Positions 1 through 12,300 of a DNA stretch of 64,000 nt are shown piece by piece; within the stretch, counting starts at the first letter, position 1; each line of letters opens with the position of its first letter. The DNA is from Laetmonice hystrix (Eukaryota): the NCBI GenBank assembly GCA_965235115.1, contig OZ249436.1:29886001-29950000 (forward strand), given 5' to 3'. The translations under genes and the position numbers were made by a program. The notes under the pieces were generated by a model, which searched no databases, was not told the origin of the DNA, and worked only from the letters and a program-made list of their open reading frames with translations.

Positions 1-760
1 AAGCCATAAATCCGAGCTCGGCGCCAAAGAGCCGGGATCATTTATGGAGGAGAAACGAGGGGTTTGCGTAGGTATATTAGTATAGGTACTCGCACATATG
101 TATCTAGGACCCATGTCGTGTGCTCAGTATGTATTGTCAAGGAAATGTAAACAATAGCTGTACTCCCGTTAACCACCATCTTGGTTCTCGCCTCTCGCGC
201 GGTCTGGGTCGGAAATGACGAAGGCGACTTGGGAGACGATCCGGAGGGTATAAATACAACCGAGCAGAAGAGTCGAGTTCTCTACCTTTGGAAGCTTCGT
301 GGCAATCAGACGGCCCACCTCCGCCCCGACTCCTCCATGTTTCAACGCCTTTGCCTGGGTTAAATTATGTTTTTATGTAGACCTACTGGGTTTGGCTTGG
401 GGTCAGCATGGCTGCCCGAGTTTTTTTTCTCAGTTTGGTTGGATAGGGATGTATTTAGGTTCCTGGATGTTGTGGGCATTGTCTCCACCTAATAAGGCAT
501 TACTATACCTATATCTATGTATTTTGGACTATGTATTTCCATATAATGTATTATCGGTTATGTATTATATTACTATAGTATTGTTATGTTGTTACATATA
601 TCAGTTACACCTTATATAGATTTATCATTTACCATATTATAATGTTTGTAGAGTCCCCCATTGCATGGGGTGATCGACGGGTTACTATGTATGTGAATAA
701 AATGTAACCTACAGCAAAGCATTCCCGTTCTCCGAGTTTGACTGCATAAATGTTCTTACT
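1..760 (+). mobile_element. LTR-like segment (5' end outside window)
   Basis: TATAAATA near 249, AATAAA near 697, T-rich non-coding body ending just before BEL protease coding sequence. It does not match the BEL 3' LTR at 3649. No partner LTR or TSD is visible. Confidence 0.35.
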
Positions 761-1351
761 GCTCCAACTACTCAAGGTGTGTTGCTATGTACGGTTATAG
801 CGAAAGTGCGATGCGGAAACGAGGTTTGTGAGGCTAAACTGTTGTTTGACCAAGGTGCTCAACGCAGTTTCTTTCTTTCTTCAAAATCTATGGAGGGTCC
901 AGGATCTGAAATGGGATGACCTGATTCCAGAACAGTTACAAAAGGATTGGGAAATACTGCAACAAGATCTGGAACTAGCAACCACGTTACAGCTGCCAAG
1001 ACCATTCTTCAAGTGCAATAAGGTTGCCATGGACAAAATCTCACTACACATATTTGTCGACGCTTCTCCGAGAGCATATGGTACAGCAGCATACCTTGTG
1101 AGCGGTGGAAAATCTGTACTTATCTTGGCGAAAAGTCGAGTTGCACCGTTGAAAGAGCTCTCATTACCGAGACTGGAATTGATGGCCGCCGTTTTGGGAG
1201 CACGTCTTTACAGTCATCTCAAACGGATTATCCAACCTGCTAGTGCACACTTGTGGTCTGACAGTCAAATTGTTCTATCTTGGTTGTCAATTGACAGAAA
1301 GCTGGAAAATTTCACTCGAAACAGAGTAAAGGAGATCAAGCGACTCTCTAA

Positions 1352-1609
1352 AGGCCAACACACACACTGCAATTACCCGTCGCACGACGGTCTCACGACG
1401 GTCTCACGACGGTCCGTCGCTATGGCAATGAGTGGCCTGCAACAGCCTGCGACGGTCGCAGACGTTCTGACAGTGCCAGAACCGCTGCGACCGTCGCAAG
1501 ACTCCATTCCGTCCTGTATAGATGAGCGCGGGTCAAAAACTGGGTCACGACGGTCGCGTCGCAAGGAGTTGCAAGGAGTTGCAAGCAGTCGCAGTGTGTG
1601 TGTTGGCCT
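1352..1609. mobile_element. PIF/Harbinger-like MITE inserted in BEL pol
   Basis: TIR aggccaacacacacactgc / gcagtgtgtgtgttggcct, flanked by TAA (1349-51) and TTA (1610-12). Removing the element plus 3 bp restores RLSKGVDFHYCPSECNPSDLLTRG in frame. Confidence 0.85.
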
Positions 1610-1727
1610 TTAAGGGGTTGACTTCCATTACTGCCCTAGTGAGTGCAATCCAAGTGATCTTCTTACTAGAGGCATTCCGGCAAAAAGGTTCTTCAACAAC
1701 GACCTTTGGTTCCATGGACCATCTTGG

Positions 1728-3473
1728 ATGGAACATCCACCTGAAGATTGGCCCAAGACTCCAGCAACTTTATCCACTATTCAGTTGATAGCATTTTCAG
1801 AGGCCATAGTCAACACGGATGATGGAAAGGATGAGGAAAGCACTGCACTGGATCTGCTTAGTGTGTTAATCTCCAAAACCAACAGTTTTGTGCGCCTACA
1901 ACGTACTATAGCCATCATGCTACGCTTTGTCAACAATGCAAGAAACAAAGCAAGGAAGTCCGGTCCTATCACCATACTGGAGCTGCGGAGTGCAGAAAAG
2001 GTTTTGATACGACATGTTCAGAGCAAAGCCTTTCAGCCAGAACTTGAGGCACTACAATCCAGAAAGTCGACCCCGCTTTGCCGACAACTCCGCCTATTCC
2101 TCGACTCTGAAGGGATACTGCGATCTGGAGGGTGCATTCACAATGCTAACGTTAACTTCAATGCCAGGTTTCCAGTTCTACTGCCATCACATCATCCAGT
2201 CACAGATGCTTTGATCAGAAAGGTTCATTATGAACAAGCTCATCTTGGTCTCAATGCCACACTGACTGCATTACGACAGAGATACTGGGTACCTAAGGGA
2301 GGGCAGATTGTGAAGTCTGTCATCAGGAAATGTGTAGCTTGCAGAAAACACCATGGAAAGCCATACTCACTTCCGGAGTCACCCCCGCTGATGAGGATAC
2401 GCGTTGAAGAAGCACCGCCTTTTGGCATAACTGGACTTGACTTCTCAGGAGCCTTGCCATATAAAACAGACAAGGGAACTGGCAGTGTCTGCATACTACT
2501 TTTCACCTGTGCGGTGACTAGGGCGGTACATTTGGAAGCCACCACGTCTATGGACACTGACACTGTTCTCTTTGCTATTCGAAAATTCATAGCACGGAGA
2601 GGAAAGCCATCAGTAATTGTCAGTGATAATGCTAAATCCTTTGAGGCAGCTGATAGGAAAATACAGTGTATTCTAAAATCAGAGAAGCTCCAGACATCAC
2701 TTACCAACTGCGGAATAGACTGGCGTTTCATACCCAAAAGAGCCCCATGGTTCGGGGGGTTCTGGGAGCGACTGGTAGGGCTCACCAAGAGATGTATACA
2801 AAGCGTCTTAGGCCGCCACCTGGTGTCACTTGATGTCTTCACAACAATACTGACTGAGGTCGAAGCCATTATAAACAACAGACCACTAACAAGGGCGTCT
2901 AGCCAAATAAATGACCTTGACCCACTGACACCCTCAGACCTTCTACATGGCAGGAGACTGCCACTGCTACCAGTGGGATTGCGTGAGACTGATGACCCAG
3001 ACTTCGGCCCATCCATGTTGCGAATCCGGAAAGACCAGTATACATCAGCATCTGAGGCAGTCTGGAAACGGTTCCACAATGAATACTTGGTATCCCTGCG
3101 GGAATACCACGCAAGTCAAGGTACAACACAACGGCTGATATCAGAAGGAGATGTAGTCCTCGTTCACAGTGAGAATCTGCGTAATACATGGAAAATGGCT
3201 GTCGTCGAGTCTTCGAATTATGGAAAAGATGGGCTGGTCAGATCTGCAGACATTCGAACAGCTGCTGGACGCAGTAACAGGCCAATCAGCAAACTCCACC
3301 CGTTGGAAGTCCGAGCTGAACTCCCGCAAAATCCAAACGTGCCACCTAAGACTGAAAAGGTGGACAGTGACTGTTCAAAGCACAGTTCCAGACTAGCGGC
3401 TAAACGTGCAATGGACAAAATCCAGCAGATTCAGGCTCTTGATGTAACATCAGATTCCGATGACGACCTTTAA
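1728..3473 (+). CDS. BEL/Pao pol C-terminal part: HHCC zinc-binding domain, DDE integrase, DUF5641-like tail (fragment of a polyprotein; 1728 is not a true start)
   Basis: Motifs H...H.G...CVAC, TGLDFSG, TRAVHLE, IVSDNAKSF, APWFGGFWERLV, INNRPLT and RPISKLHPLE. Same frame as the 828-1613 ORF once the MITE is removed. Confidence 0.9.
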   Translation: MEHPPEDWPKTPATLSTIQLIAFSEAIVNTDDGKDEESTALDLLSVLISKTNSFVRLQRTIAIMLRFVNNARNKARKSGPITILELRSAEKVLIRHVQSKAFQPELEALQSRKSTPLCRQLRLFLDSEGILRSGGCIHNANVNFNARFPVLLPSHHPVTDALIRKVHYEQAHLGLNATLTALRQRYWVPKGGQIVKSVIRKCVACRKHHGKPYSLPESPPLMRIRVEEAPPFGITGLDFSGALPYKTDKGTGSVCILLFTCAVTRAVHLEATTSMDTDTVLFAIRKFIARRGKPSVIVSDNAKSFEAADRKIQCILKSEKLQTSLTNCGIDWRFIPKRAPWFGGFWERLVGLTKRCIQSVLGRHLVSLDVFTTILTEVEAIINNRPLTRASSQINDLDPLTPSDLLHGRRLPLLPVGLRETDDPDFGPSMLRIRKDQYTSASEAVWKRFHNEYLVSLREYHASQGTTQRLISEGDVVLVHSENLRNTWKMAVVESSNYGKDGLVRSADIRTAAGRSNRPISKLHPLEVRAELPQNPNVPPKTEKVDSDCSKHSSRLAAKRAMDKIQQIQALDVTSDSDDDL

Positions 3474-4397
3474 TTGTTTGAACTGAGAACTCGGTATTGG
3501 ATTAGCCATGCACGATCGTTATTTTGCGTCATTATGGCGTTATACTCGTGCTTTTCATTCTTAAGGAGTATGTTGCTTATAATTTTGTATAAGTTCTTTA
3601 TTAATATTATGTTGTCCTTAAAATGTTCAACTTTGCGCCCCGGGAGAATGTCGGAACCCATTCCTTTACTCCCAGTGTATCATTTGGCCGCTAGGTGCTA
3701 GTCTGTTATATCCCGCTAGGCGGCGTTTTTGTCCGATAGTTTTGCCATTAAAAGCTCTAAACTGGAAGCGGTGAGCACGTTGCCGGACAACTCAACAATC
3801 GGATGTGTTTGCCTTCTTTTCTAACGTTGGAGTGGACATAAACAATTATGGCTCTGTCTCAAATCTTTCAAGAGTTACAGCCAGGAATCTTCCAAATGGC
3901 CTAACTTTAAAACTTGCAGGTCAAGTAGTTCAGCGAAAATAGGTCAAATCCTTAGAAATAATGGTGCCAAACGAAAGATCATATCACTTCCTATTTGTGT
4001 ACAATAATAAACATGGCCCTTTAACAGAAGCATCTTCGAGTTATAGCCATAGATACCTAAACTGGGCACTGTTCAAAATTTCAATGTCACGTAACTCCGC
4101 GAAAATAGGTCAAATCGCTTATCCTTGGATAACTATTGAGAAGCTCTTGTCAGAGAGTCCTTCTGCCAAATATTGTCAAGTTTTATCAAAAAATGAAGAA
4201 GAAGTAGGGATGTAACCGATTTACGACCTAGGACCCAGTTCTCCTTAAGGTAGGGGGATGGGATAATAAGAAATCAGCCAATCAAAAGCGTCAACATAAA
4301 AAAAGATGTTAAAAAAGAAGGCAAAGGCTTCTAAACCTCATTCAAAGACGAGACACCGTACAGTACACATCGGGAGAGTCAAGCAATTGTGAACACA

Positions 4398-5516
4398 ATG
4401 GCTGATCTTGGACATGATGCAAGTGGATCTCTTTTTAACTATGTAAAACATGACGATACCATTAGCGATATCAACTGGGTGGTATACAGACCTGTGGGAC
4501 AGCTGAATTCTGGAGGAGCATTAGAATTCAACGTTTCTGGAAACAGTGCTCAGTACATCGATTTAAAGAATACCCGTTTGAGGGTCACCTTCAGAATCCT
4601 CCAAGGAAATGACCAGGGATTGCCATCACCAAACCCTACCGGTACCAACACTGAAACCCCTCCTCTGGCCAAGGTAGCACCGATTAACCTCATAGGTCAA
4701 TCCCTCTGGAATCAGGTGTCGTTGAGCCTGCAACAAGTGAACGTGTCTACATCCATCGGAGGCCAATATACCTAAAAGGCCTATTTTGACACCCTACTCG
4801 GTTCAACTTACACGGGCTCCACATCCATACTCTAAAGTCAGCTGTTTGCCAAAGATACTTCATCAAACCCAGACCCTATCGACGGTACGAATTCAGGCCT
4901 TATCTGGTAACGTATGTTTACGGACGAAAGCGGGCTGGTGACTGTGGAGGGTCCCCTTCATTTGGGAATCTGCCAACTATCGCGTTATCTTATTAACGGG
5001 TTCAAGCTAACTTCAAGTTCTGGCCGAATACCGACGCGTTTCGACTGATGAGTCCCAATCCCGATGCTGACTTTAAAGTGGACATTACTGATGCAGTGTT
5101 GAGAGTGCGACAAGTAGAGATGAACCCCCAAGTCATGATCGCCCATTCAGAAGCGTTACAGCAATCAAATGCAAAATACTTCTTTGAACGGACTGAAATG
5201 AGTTCGTATGCCATTGCAAAGGGACAATACTCTGCTACTTTCGAAGACATGTTTCAGTCCTATGTCCCAAATAAGGTCGTTTTGGGTCTTGTGTCCTCAG
5301 AAGCATTAATTGGAAAATACAATAAAAACCCCCTTTATTTCGACCATTATGATTGGAACTTTGTGGGGCTGTACGTCAACGGAAAGGCCACGCCATTCGA
5401 ACCCCTAACTCTGAACTACAAAGAAAAAGACTACCTGCCGGCCTACATGACTCTGTTTGGGGACAACTACGAGAACGACTCTGGAAGTATCATAAACAGA
5501 CTGGACTATCCTAAAG
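4398..5516 (+). pseudogene. Polinton/Maverick (adintovirus-like) double-jelly-roll major capsid protein pseudogene, copy A, 3'-truncated
   Basis: Motifs WVVYRPV..L...ALEFNVSGNSAQYIDLKNTRL, APINLIGQSLWNQV, Y.YKAYFDTLL, PNKVVLGLVS..A..G.YNKNP.YFDHYD and YVNG..P..P, typical of the F54H12.2-like/hexon family. In-frame stops at about 4773, 4833 and 4908, and a frameshift at about 5000. Confidence 0.8.
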
Positions 5517-5654
5517 GATCCTTTAGAGCAGGAGGATACCTTTATGGTAAGTGGACTTTCGATTCGATGTGTATAAAGTAGCCCGTTTAAAGTAACCACA
5601 TTAACAAATGGCGACATCAACGGTTAAAAACTGACAGTGTCTTTTCTTCTGTAA

Positions 5655-6165
5655 AGCCCCAGTCACATCTAGTCGTACGAATTTTGGATCGCACGATAGG
5701 CAAGGGTAATCGGGGATCGTGAGGTGTCGGGGGCATGTCGTGGAATTGCTCTACGATTATGAGATAGCGGTCACACACTAAAGATTAGTTTGCGACCATA
5801 TTGTCATCCGTAGCACAAATGCTCATAGGATTTCTCGCAGGAATTATCCAGAGAAAGCGTGCGATTAGCTAAGATTACCTATGACTGTCAAGGAACAATC
5901 GTATGAAGGGTCAGGTTTACTCGTGCGATAGTCGTGGGAATAACTGTGCAATAGCAACTAGTCGCAGGACAAGTTGTGTGATGGTCTTGTGATGACTGTG
6001 TCACTGTGTCACTAGCCACGATAAGGCACGACCACGTAAAGAACGTATAAGAACGTAAAAAAATCGTAGACATGTTCAAAATCGTAGACTGGATTTTGAA
6101 CATGTTCAAAATCCGCGCCACGACAAATTTCACCTCCCGACCTCTCACGATCACGATCGGCCTTT
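5655..6165. mobile_element. PIF/Harbinger-like MITE between capsid and polymerase (right end degraded; copy at about 43145-43735)
   Basis: Begins TAA|agccccagtcacatctagtcg, the same terminus style as other AGCCCC MITEs in the window. Central ttttgaacatgttcaaaa palindrome. Copy B ends ...ctagtgtgact. Confidence 0.6.
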
Positions 6166-9148
6166 AAATAGCCGGGTGACGATGCAGATCACCTGATATG
6201 TATAGACGATGCGTCGGCACACGAGCTGGACTTTGTAAGTATTTCTTTCGTGCTGAATGATGGGGTATGGGGGATTGAAGTAGAAGGGTTTGTGTGAATT
6301 TGTGCTAAACGGACAAGGCAGTAATGTGCCGTTATTTTTAACAGGACGTTGAGGTTGTCAACCTACGCGTGCCGACGCGTGGCGAGTCCAACTCGTGTGC
6401 CGCTGCTGATGAGGCCCATCTGCCCCCCAGAAAACGTAGACGATTTGTGAAGTACAACATGTATTATCCCCCGGCACCAGCTGACAGTGATGACCCCAGC
6501 CAGGCGGTCGCAGCCCGACACCACCACCACCACCACCACCACCACCACCATTCTATACCCTCCGACAACACCACCAGAGAACATTCATGAACTCTGGAGC
6601 GACGGACATGACCTTTGAAATACGTTTTCATCCAGACGTCTTTGGAACACAACTCTCAGATTTCTTATTACGTTTGGGAGATATGTTTACTGAGGATTTG
6701 TCCCAAGTGACGGCTGGATTAGAAGACGATGACTTAGGTCGTGTCGTCATACATCACCTTCCCTGGCGACTCCTATCGTCGTATCCCTGCCTCCTCTCCA
6801 GCATTTAACGGCTCAAGCGATCTTGGAAACTATTCAGGCCTTTCTCAATAGCAACGAAGGACTCGTCCTTGACGCCAACTTTAAAATAGACGTAGGTACC
6901 ATTCGCCTTGTTCGAGGAGCAGCTAGTGACACACCCATCACAAAATTATCTGGACCTGGTAACTCTGTACACATCAAAAACTCTTTAATAGAAATTGTTA
7001 ATGAAGACAATATCTGCATGTCGCTATCCATAGCTGTGTGCTGGGCTGTCACTGTGTGTCGAACGCTGAATGGAACGAGGCTACCTTTGGCGAGGCGGGG
7101 GATAGATTATCTCTCGCCTTGAGGTTGAAAATGGTATCAAAATGGCTGTATGTTAATATCCGAACCAAAAGCAGAAAAGAACAGAAAAACTTGGCAGCAA
7201 AACTATGTGATCTTGCAGGCGTGAGTCCTGACGTTCCTGCCACCTTAAATGATATTCCAAAGTTTGAGGCTCTGTTGGGAGTAGGCCTACAAAATTCTTT
7301 GCGTGTACCCATAAGGAAATATCGGGTCCTTTACTATGTGGAGATCATCTCGGACATTTCCATGCTATCGGTAGGATCAAAGGCATATTTAACTGTAGTT
7401 ATTTTTGTGATTCGTGTTTAAAATCCTACTCTAACAAAGGGAAACATGCCTGCGATCAGTACTGCATCGTATGCAAGTCCGAGTGTCCCCCCTCTGCTGA
7501 ACCGATGTCTTGTTTTTGGTGTCACATGACTTGCCGCAGTATGAGGTGCTTTATCAAACATAAGGAAACTCGCCATGGCATTGATGGGTCTTCACAGTGT
7601 GACAGGTATTACAGATGTACATCCTGTTATACTGTGATTGACACCGACAAACGTAGAGTAGAGAAACATCGGTGTGGTGAATGGATATGTCAGACGTGCG
7701 ACCATTATGTTGTAGGATCGCATCATTGTTATCAGCGTCCTATTCCCCTAAAACAGATAGATACCTTTAAATACATGTTTTTTGATTTTGAGGCAACCCA
7801 ATATGTTAGAACCGAGTGTTCTGAGGGATATGCCGTCAAACGTTGTTCTACTTGTACAGAGAAACCTTGTATCAAATGTAAAAGATGTATTCATTGTAAC
7901 GATCCCTTCTGCGGTGTATATACCCATATTCCTAACTATGTAGTAAGTCAAAAAGTATGTCAAGACTGTGTTGATAGTCTGATTTGCAACAAATGTAACT
8001 GTTGTGGGGATAGATGTTCCTCCTGCAACAAGTGGAATTCAAAAGACAAATGTTATGCTACCCCTCCTTGTGAAGATTGTGGTGATAGACAGTGTGTATT
8101 TGAATTTGACAACACCGTAGGTCAGTTTTATGAATATCTCTTTGATACTCAACACAAATATACAACTGTTTTGGCTCATAACCTTCGTGTTATGACGGTT
8201 TCTTCATTCTTCAGTATTTGTTTGATCAATCTATGTTTCCTGATCACATTATATATTCAGGTTCAAAAATTATGTAATGCCTGTTGGAGGTGGTCTGTCT
8301 ATTCGCCTCATTGACACCTTAAATTTCTTCCCTGTCAAATTAGCTGCTTTACCTAAAGCATTTGGTTTGACGGAGTTGAAGAAAGGGTGGTTCCCTCACT
8401 TTTTTAATACAGTAGACAACCAAAACTATATCAGCCCCTTTCCTGAACCTCAGTTTTATGGACACGACATGATGTCGTGTGAGGAGCGCACCAAGTCTTT
8501 GACTTGTCATGCGGGTCAAACACACACCTTCAATTTCAGAAAAGAAATAAAAGCCTATTGTGTGTCTGATGTCACCATACTGAGAGAAGCCTGTATGCAT
8601 TTTCGTCAGTTGATGCTCAATGTCACGGGTAAAAAACGTGAGGAGGAGAATGAGGATCAGGAACCGGCAACAGTACTTTACGGCATTGATCCGTTCAGAT
8701 ACGTCACCATCGCCAGTGTATGTATGGGAGTATTGAAAGGTAAATTATTTTATGAACATGTGGAGATTCAAGCTAAACATAAGAAAACTGGTGTCGAAAA
8801 GACATGCCGCAGGATTTGTAAGGAGGACAGTTGCGTGTATCTTTTGGACAATGTTGAATTAACATCTGAACAATTCGATGAGGATTGGGAATATGTTCTC
8901 GAATCCACCATTTTAAAATCAAATATAGCTCAAGTGGCTATGGTGTCGATCAGTACAGTGCCGAATCCATCTGTTCGCTTGAATGGTTGAATCACCATCA
9001 CAACCTGTCGATTCAACATGCTTTAAACAGGAAAGAACACCGCATACCTGGGTCAAAATATAAATTGGACGGTTTTGACAGAGTGACGAACACGGCTTAT
9101 GAGTTTTATGGCTGCATATTTCATGGATGCCCACAATGTTTCCCCGAC

Positions 9149-9298
9149 CGCCACCTGGTGGTTGTTCATGTATCCGATAGGGGGCGCGACCTCTGCGTCT
9201 CGGTCTCCTGGCGGGATATCGACCTGTTGTACGATTATTCCTCGGCATTAAAAGTTGTCCAGTACTTGTACAGGAGTACACACACAATCTGGTTGTCG
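9149..9298 (+). repeat. 5' LTR (150 bp)
   Basis: cgccacctgg...tggttgtcg; one mismatch against the 3' LTR by manual comparison. Confidence 0.92.
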
Positions 9299-9309
9299 TG
9301 GTGGCAGCG
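9299..9309 (+). promoter_or_regulatory. Primer-binding site, complementary to a tRNA 3' end (tRNA-Leu type)
   Basis: TGGTGGCAGCG directly after the 5' LTR is the complement of ...CGCTGCCACCA. Confidence 0.75.
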
Positions 9310-12300
9310 AGAAGAAACCCACCTGCTCCAGAAGAGCTTCAACAAATAGAAGTTTCGTGGTATACTCACCCGTACTGAGCCATAACTGCTGGACTGTTTT
9401 TCTGCCATCTTCACAGCACATGTGGCATGTGCTAAGCCTGAGGTTTGTGACCGGCATATTATCGCCCACCCTCGTGTTCACACGTCTTACGAACTTTGAA
9501 GAATAGCATTCTGCAGTATTACGTTGTGTGGTCTGCCACTATGGCGTTAAGCAGAGCCCCCAAACAGTGGCAGCTTACTAAGAATGAGACAATTGTCAGC
9601 TTTGAAAGTTGGAAGCAGAATCTCCTGTACATACTTTCCTTGGACATCAATTTTGCTCCATATCTACGGGAGGGTGCTTCATGGCAGAAGAAAACTGCAG
9701 CAAATCCTAACAGAGGATATACCGACGATACGGCACCCATCCCTGAGGCGAACAGGCTCACCACTGCAGTCAAGGTTCAACGTCTGGAACTTTTGTTAGG
9801 GCAAATCGCCAACTTCTGTACCGTGATATCCAGAAACAGTATTATCAAAGGATCTACATGTTTGAAAGATATCTGGCAGCTGATTCGCCTGCATTATGGG
9901 TTCCAGTCCACGGGAGGGCACTTTCTGGACCTTGCTGATATCCTTCTCCTGGTTGATGAACGCCCAGAAGATTTATACCAACGCCTAATGGCTTTTTTTG
10001 AGGATAATCTCATGACTGTGGATTCCAATCTGACTCACCATGGTGCTCCTGTCACTGCTGATGAGGATTTGACACCTACACTTGAAAACACTATAGTGGT
10101 CTTGTGGCTCCAGCTAATAAACCCGGCCCTGCCCCTCTTGGTGAAACAGAAATATGGTGCTGGACTTCGCAATAAGTCCATAGCCTCCCTGAAACCTGAG
10201 ATCTCACAAGCTCTCCCGTCACTTCTGGAGGAGCTACGTAGTATTGAGGATACTCGTGCAATGCGCACTGCCATATCATCACACGCTATTGGCAGTAAGG
10301 TGCTTAGTCAGAGGAGTCGTTCCCAGGCTCAGCCACGCCGCAAGTTTTGTTGTCTGTGTAAGACGGCTGGTCGACCAAGTTTCGCATCTCATAACCTCAG
10401 TGAATGTAGATACCTGCCTGAGGCTGACAGGAAGTATATGGGCAGGTCTCGTCTCGTTGGGGATGTTGAAGATAGTTATGATGAGTTTGATGACCAGTGC
10501 GATATTCAACAAGAGGACACACTTGAAACTGTTGCTTCAAATGCACTCATGGACAATTTGTCAGTACGCAGAGTTGATGTCGTACAATCCCCATACATAA
10601 GTGCGTACTACCATCAACAACCAGTACGTCTCACCTTAGATACGGGAGCAACAACCAACATGATATGTGATTCCTTCGCCAAGTCCGTCTCCATGCCTGT
10701 TACACCAGCTTCTCAGATGGCCCGTCAGGCTGATGGGATCACTCCATTAGAGGTAGTAGGTGAGGTTCATTGCGCACTGACTCGAGGCCTGCACACCTTC
10801 CGGCTTGACGCCCTGGTAGTCAAGCAATTGGATGTTGATATCTTGGCCGGTAACCCCTTCTTAGTGGCAACGACATAGCTACTCATCCTGCCAAACGTCA
10901 CGTAATCATCAAGGGTACAGAAGTAGTACAGTATGGGTCTCAGCCTTCAAAAGAGGGTTCAGTGAGACGCACACAGGCTCACATCCTGAGATCACCGCCT
11001 CGACAAACTGTCTTGCTACCTGGTGAGTACATTGAGCTACGAACACCGACGGACACTGATCCTGATGCCGAATGGGCGCTCGAGCCCAGATGTGATAGCC
11101 CCTCGAACAGAAATTCACCATCTGATCGACTGTGGCCCTCCGTGCAGGAAGTAAAATCCGTTGATCATTCAGTGCGATTAACTAATGCTACGACCGAGCT
11201 TATAGTTCTCAGGAAGAACGAACACATTTGCCAAGTGCGCCCTGTGACAGTACCCTCCACAGACTCCCTCCCACAGCTTCCTGCTGAAGGTCGGGACTGG
11301 AAAACACCATCTCGTAGTACACAGTCAGAGCCATCTAGACTATGCTCCTCTCAGGTAACTGTAGACCCAGATGGATGCCTTACGCCAGCCTTACGTGCCA
11401 AGTTTGAGGCCGTGAATCGTCAGTATGATAGGGTGTTTGGGCCTGAGATCTCTAAGTACAATGGTGCAAGCGGCAAGCTAGAAGCTGTTGTTAACATGGG
11501 GCCTACATTACCTCCACAGCGGAAAGGCAGGCTGCCGCACTACAATAGAGACCAGCTGCTGGAATTACAGCACCAGTTTGACGAGCTTGAAGCCGCTGGA
11601 GTATTTGCTAAACCTGAGGAGGTTCATGTTACAGTTGAGTATACATGACACATGTCCTTCTTGGTGAAGAAACCTAATGGTGGACATAGACTGGTCACAT
11701 CCTTCGGTGAGGTCGGACAGTACAGCAAACCCCAGCCATCGCTCATGCCAAGTGTGGATCAGGTCTTGAGGGACATAGCTCGCTGGAAATACATTGTCGT
11801 GACTGATCTTAGGAAGTCGTTTTATCAAATCTCCCTGGCACATGAATCAATGAAGTATTGTGGTGTGGTTACTCCATTTAAGGGAATACGCGTGTACACT
11901 AGGTCCGCCATGGGCATGCCTGGCTCTGAGACATGCCTTGAGGAGTTGATGTGCAGAGTTGTGGGACATTTGATCGAGGATGGCTGTTGCTCTAAGATTG
12001 CAGATGACCTGTATACTGGTGGTGACACGCCTGAGGAGTTGTTGGCGAACTGGTCTAGAGTTCTGGCTGCATTACATCATAACAACCTTGGGCTGAATGC
12101 AGGTAAAACCATTGTGTGCCCACTGTCCGTCAATGTCTTAGGTTGGGTATGGTCAGGGGGCACCATCCGAGCGAGTACTCACAGGCTTACTGCACTTGCC
12201 GCTGTCCAACCCCCTCCGACAGTTCAGGGCCTTAGGTCCTTCATAGGAGCATACAAAGTACTCAGCCGGGTGCTGCGAGGATATGCCAACTTGCTCCATC

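Larger units (their letters stand above)
770..3830 (+). mobile_element. BEL/Pao LTR retrotransposon, internally deleted (protease stub, Pao peptidase/RNase H, integrase, PPT, partial 3' LTR)
   Basis: Frame at 773-871 reads VLLCTVIAKV...LLFDQGAQRSF (BEL aspartic protease). It is followed by FLQNLW...WDD, LHIFVDAS..AYG, PRLELMAA, WSDSQIVL and NPSDLLTRG. A purine tract (cgccccgggagaa) precedes TGT at 3649. Confidence 0.9.

Noticed and set aside
3872..4397. Polinton terminal inverted repeat or 6-bp TSD
   Set aside because: No AGT/AG-repeat terminus or matching inverted partner was found. The region is a common interspersed repeat plus a short basic-coding fragment.
6369..6590. Poly-histidine ORF (also 43937-44149)
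   Set aside because: It comes from a (CCA)n tract. The frame continuous with downstream pPolB sequence reads poly-proline, so a standalone His-rich protein is unsupported.
10860..11651. Programmed frameshift or readthrough in gag-pol
   Set aside because: The break at about 10870 is at the protease C-terminus without a slippery heptamer and is explained by a 1-nt deletion. The TGA at 11646 interrupts the RT N-terminal motif. Both look like decay.
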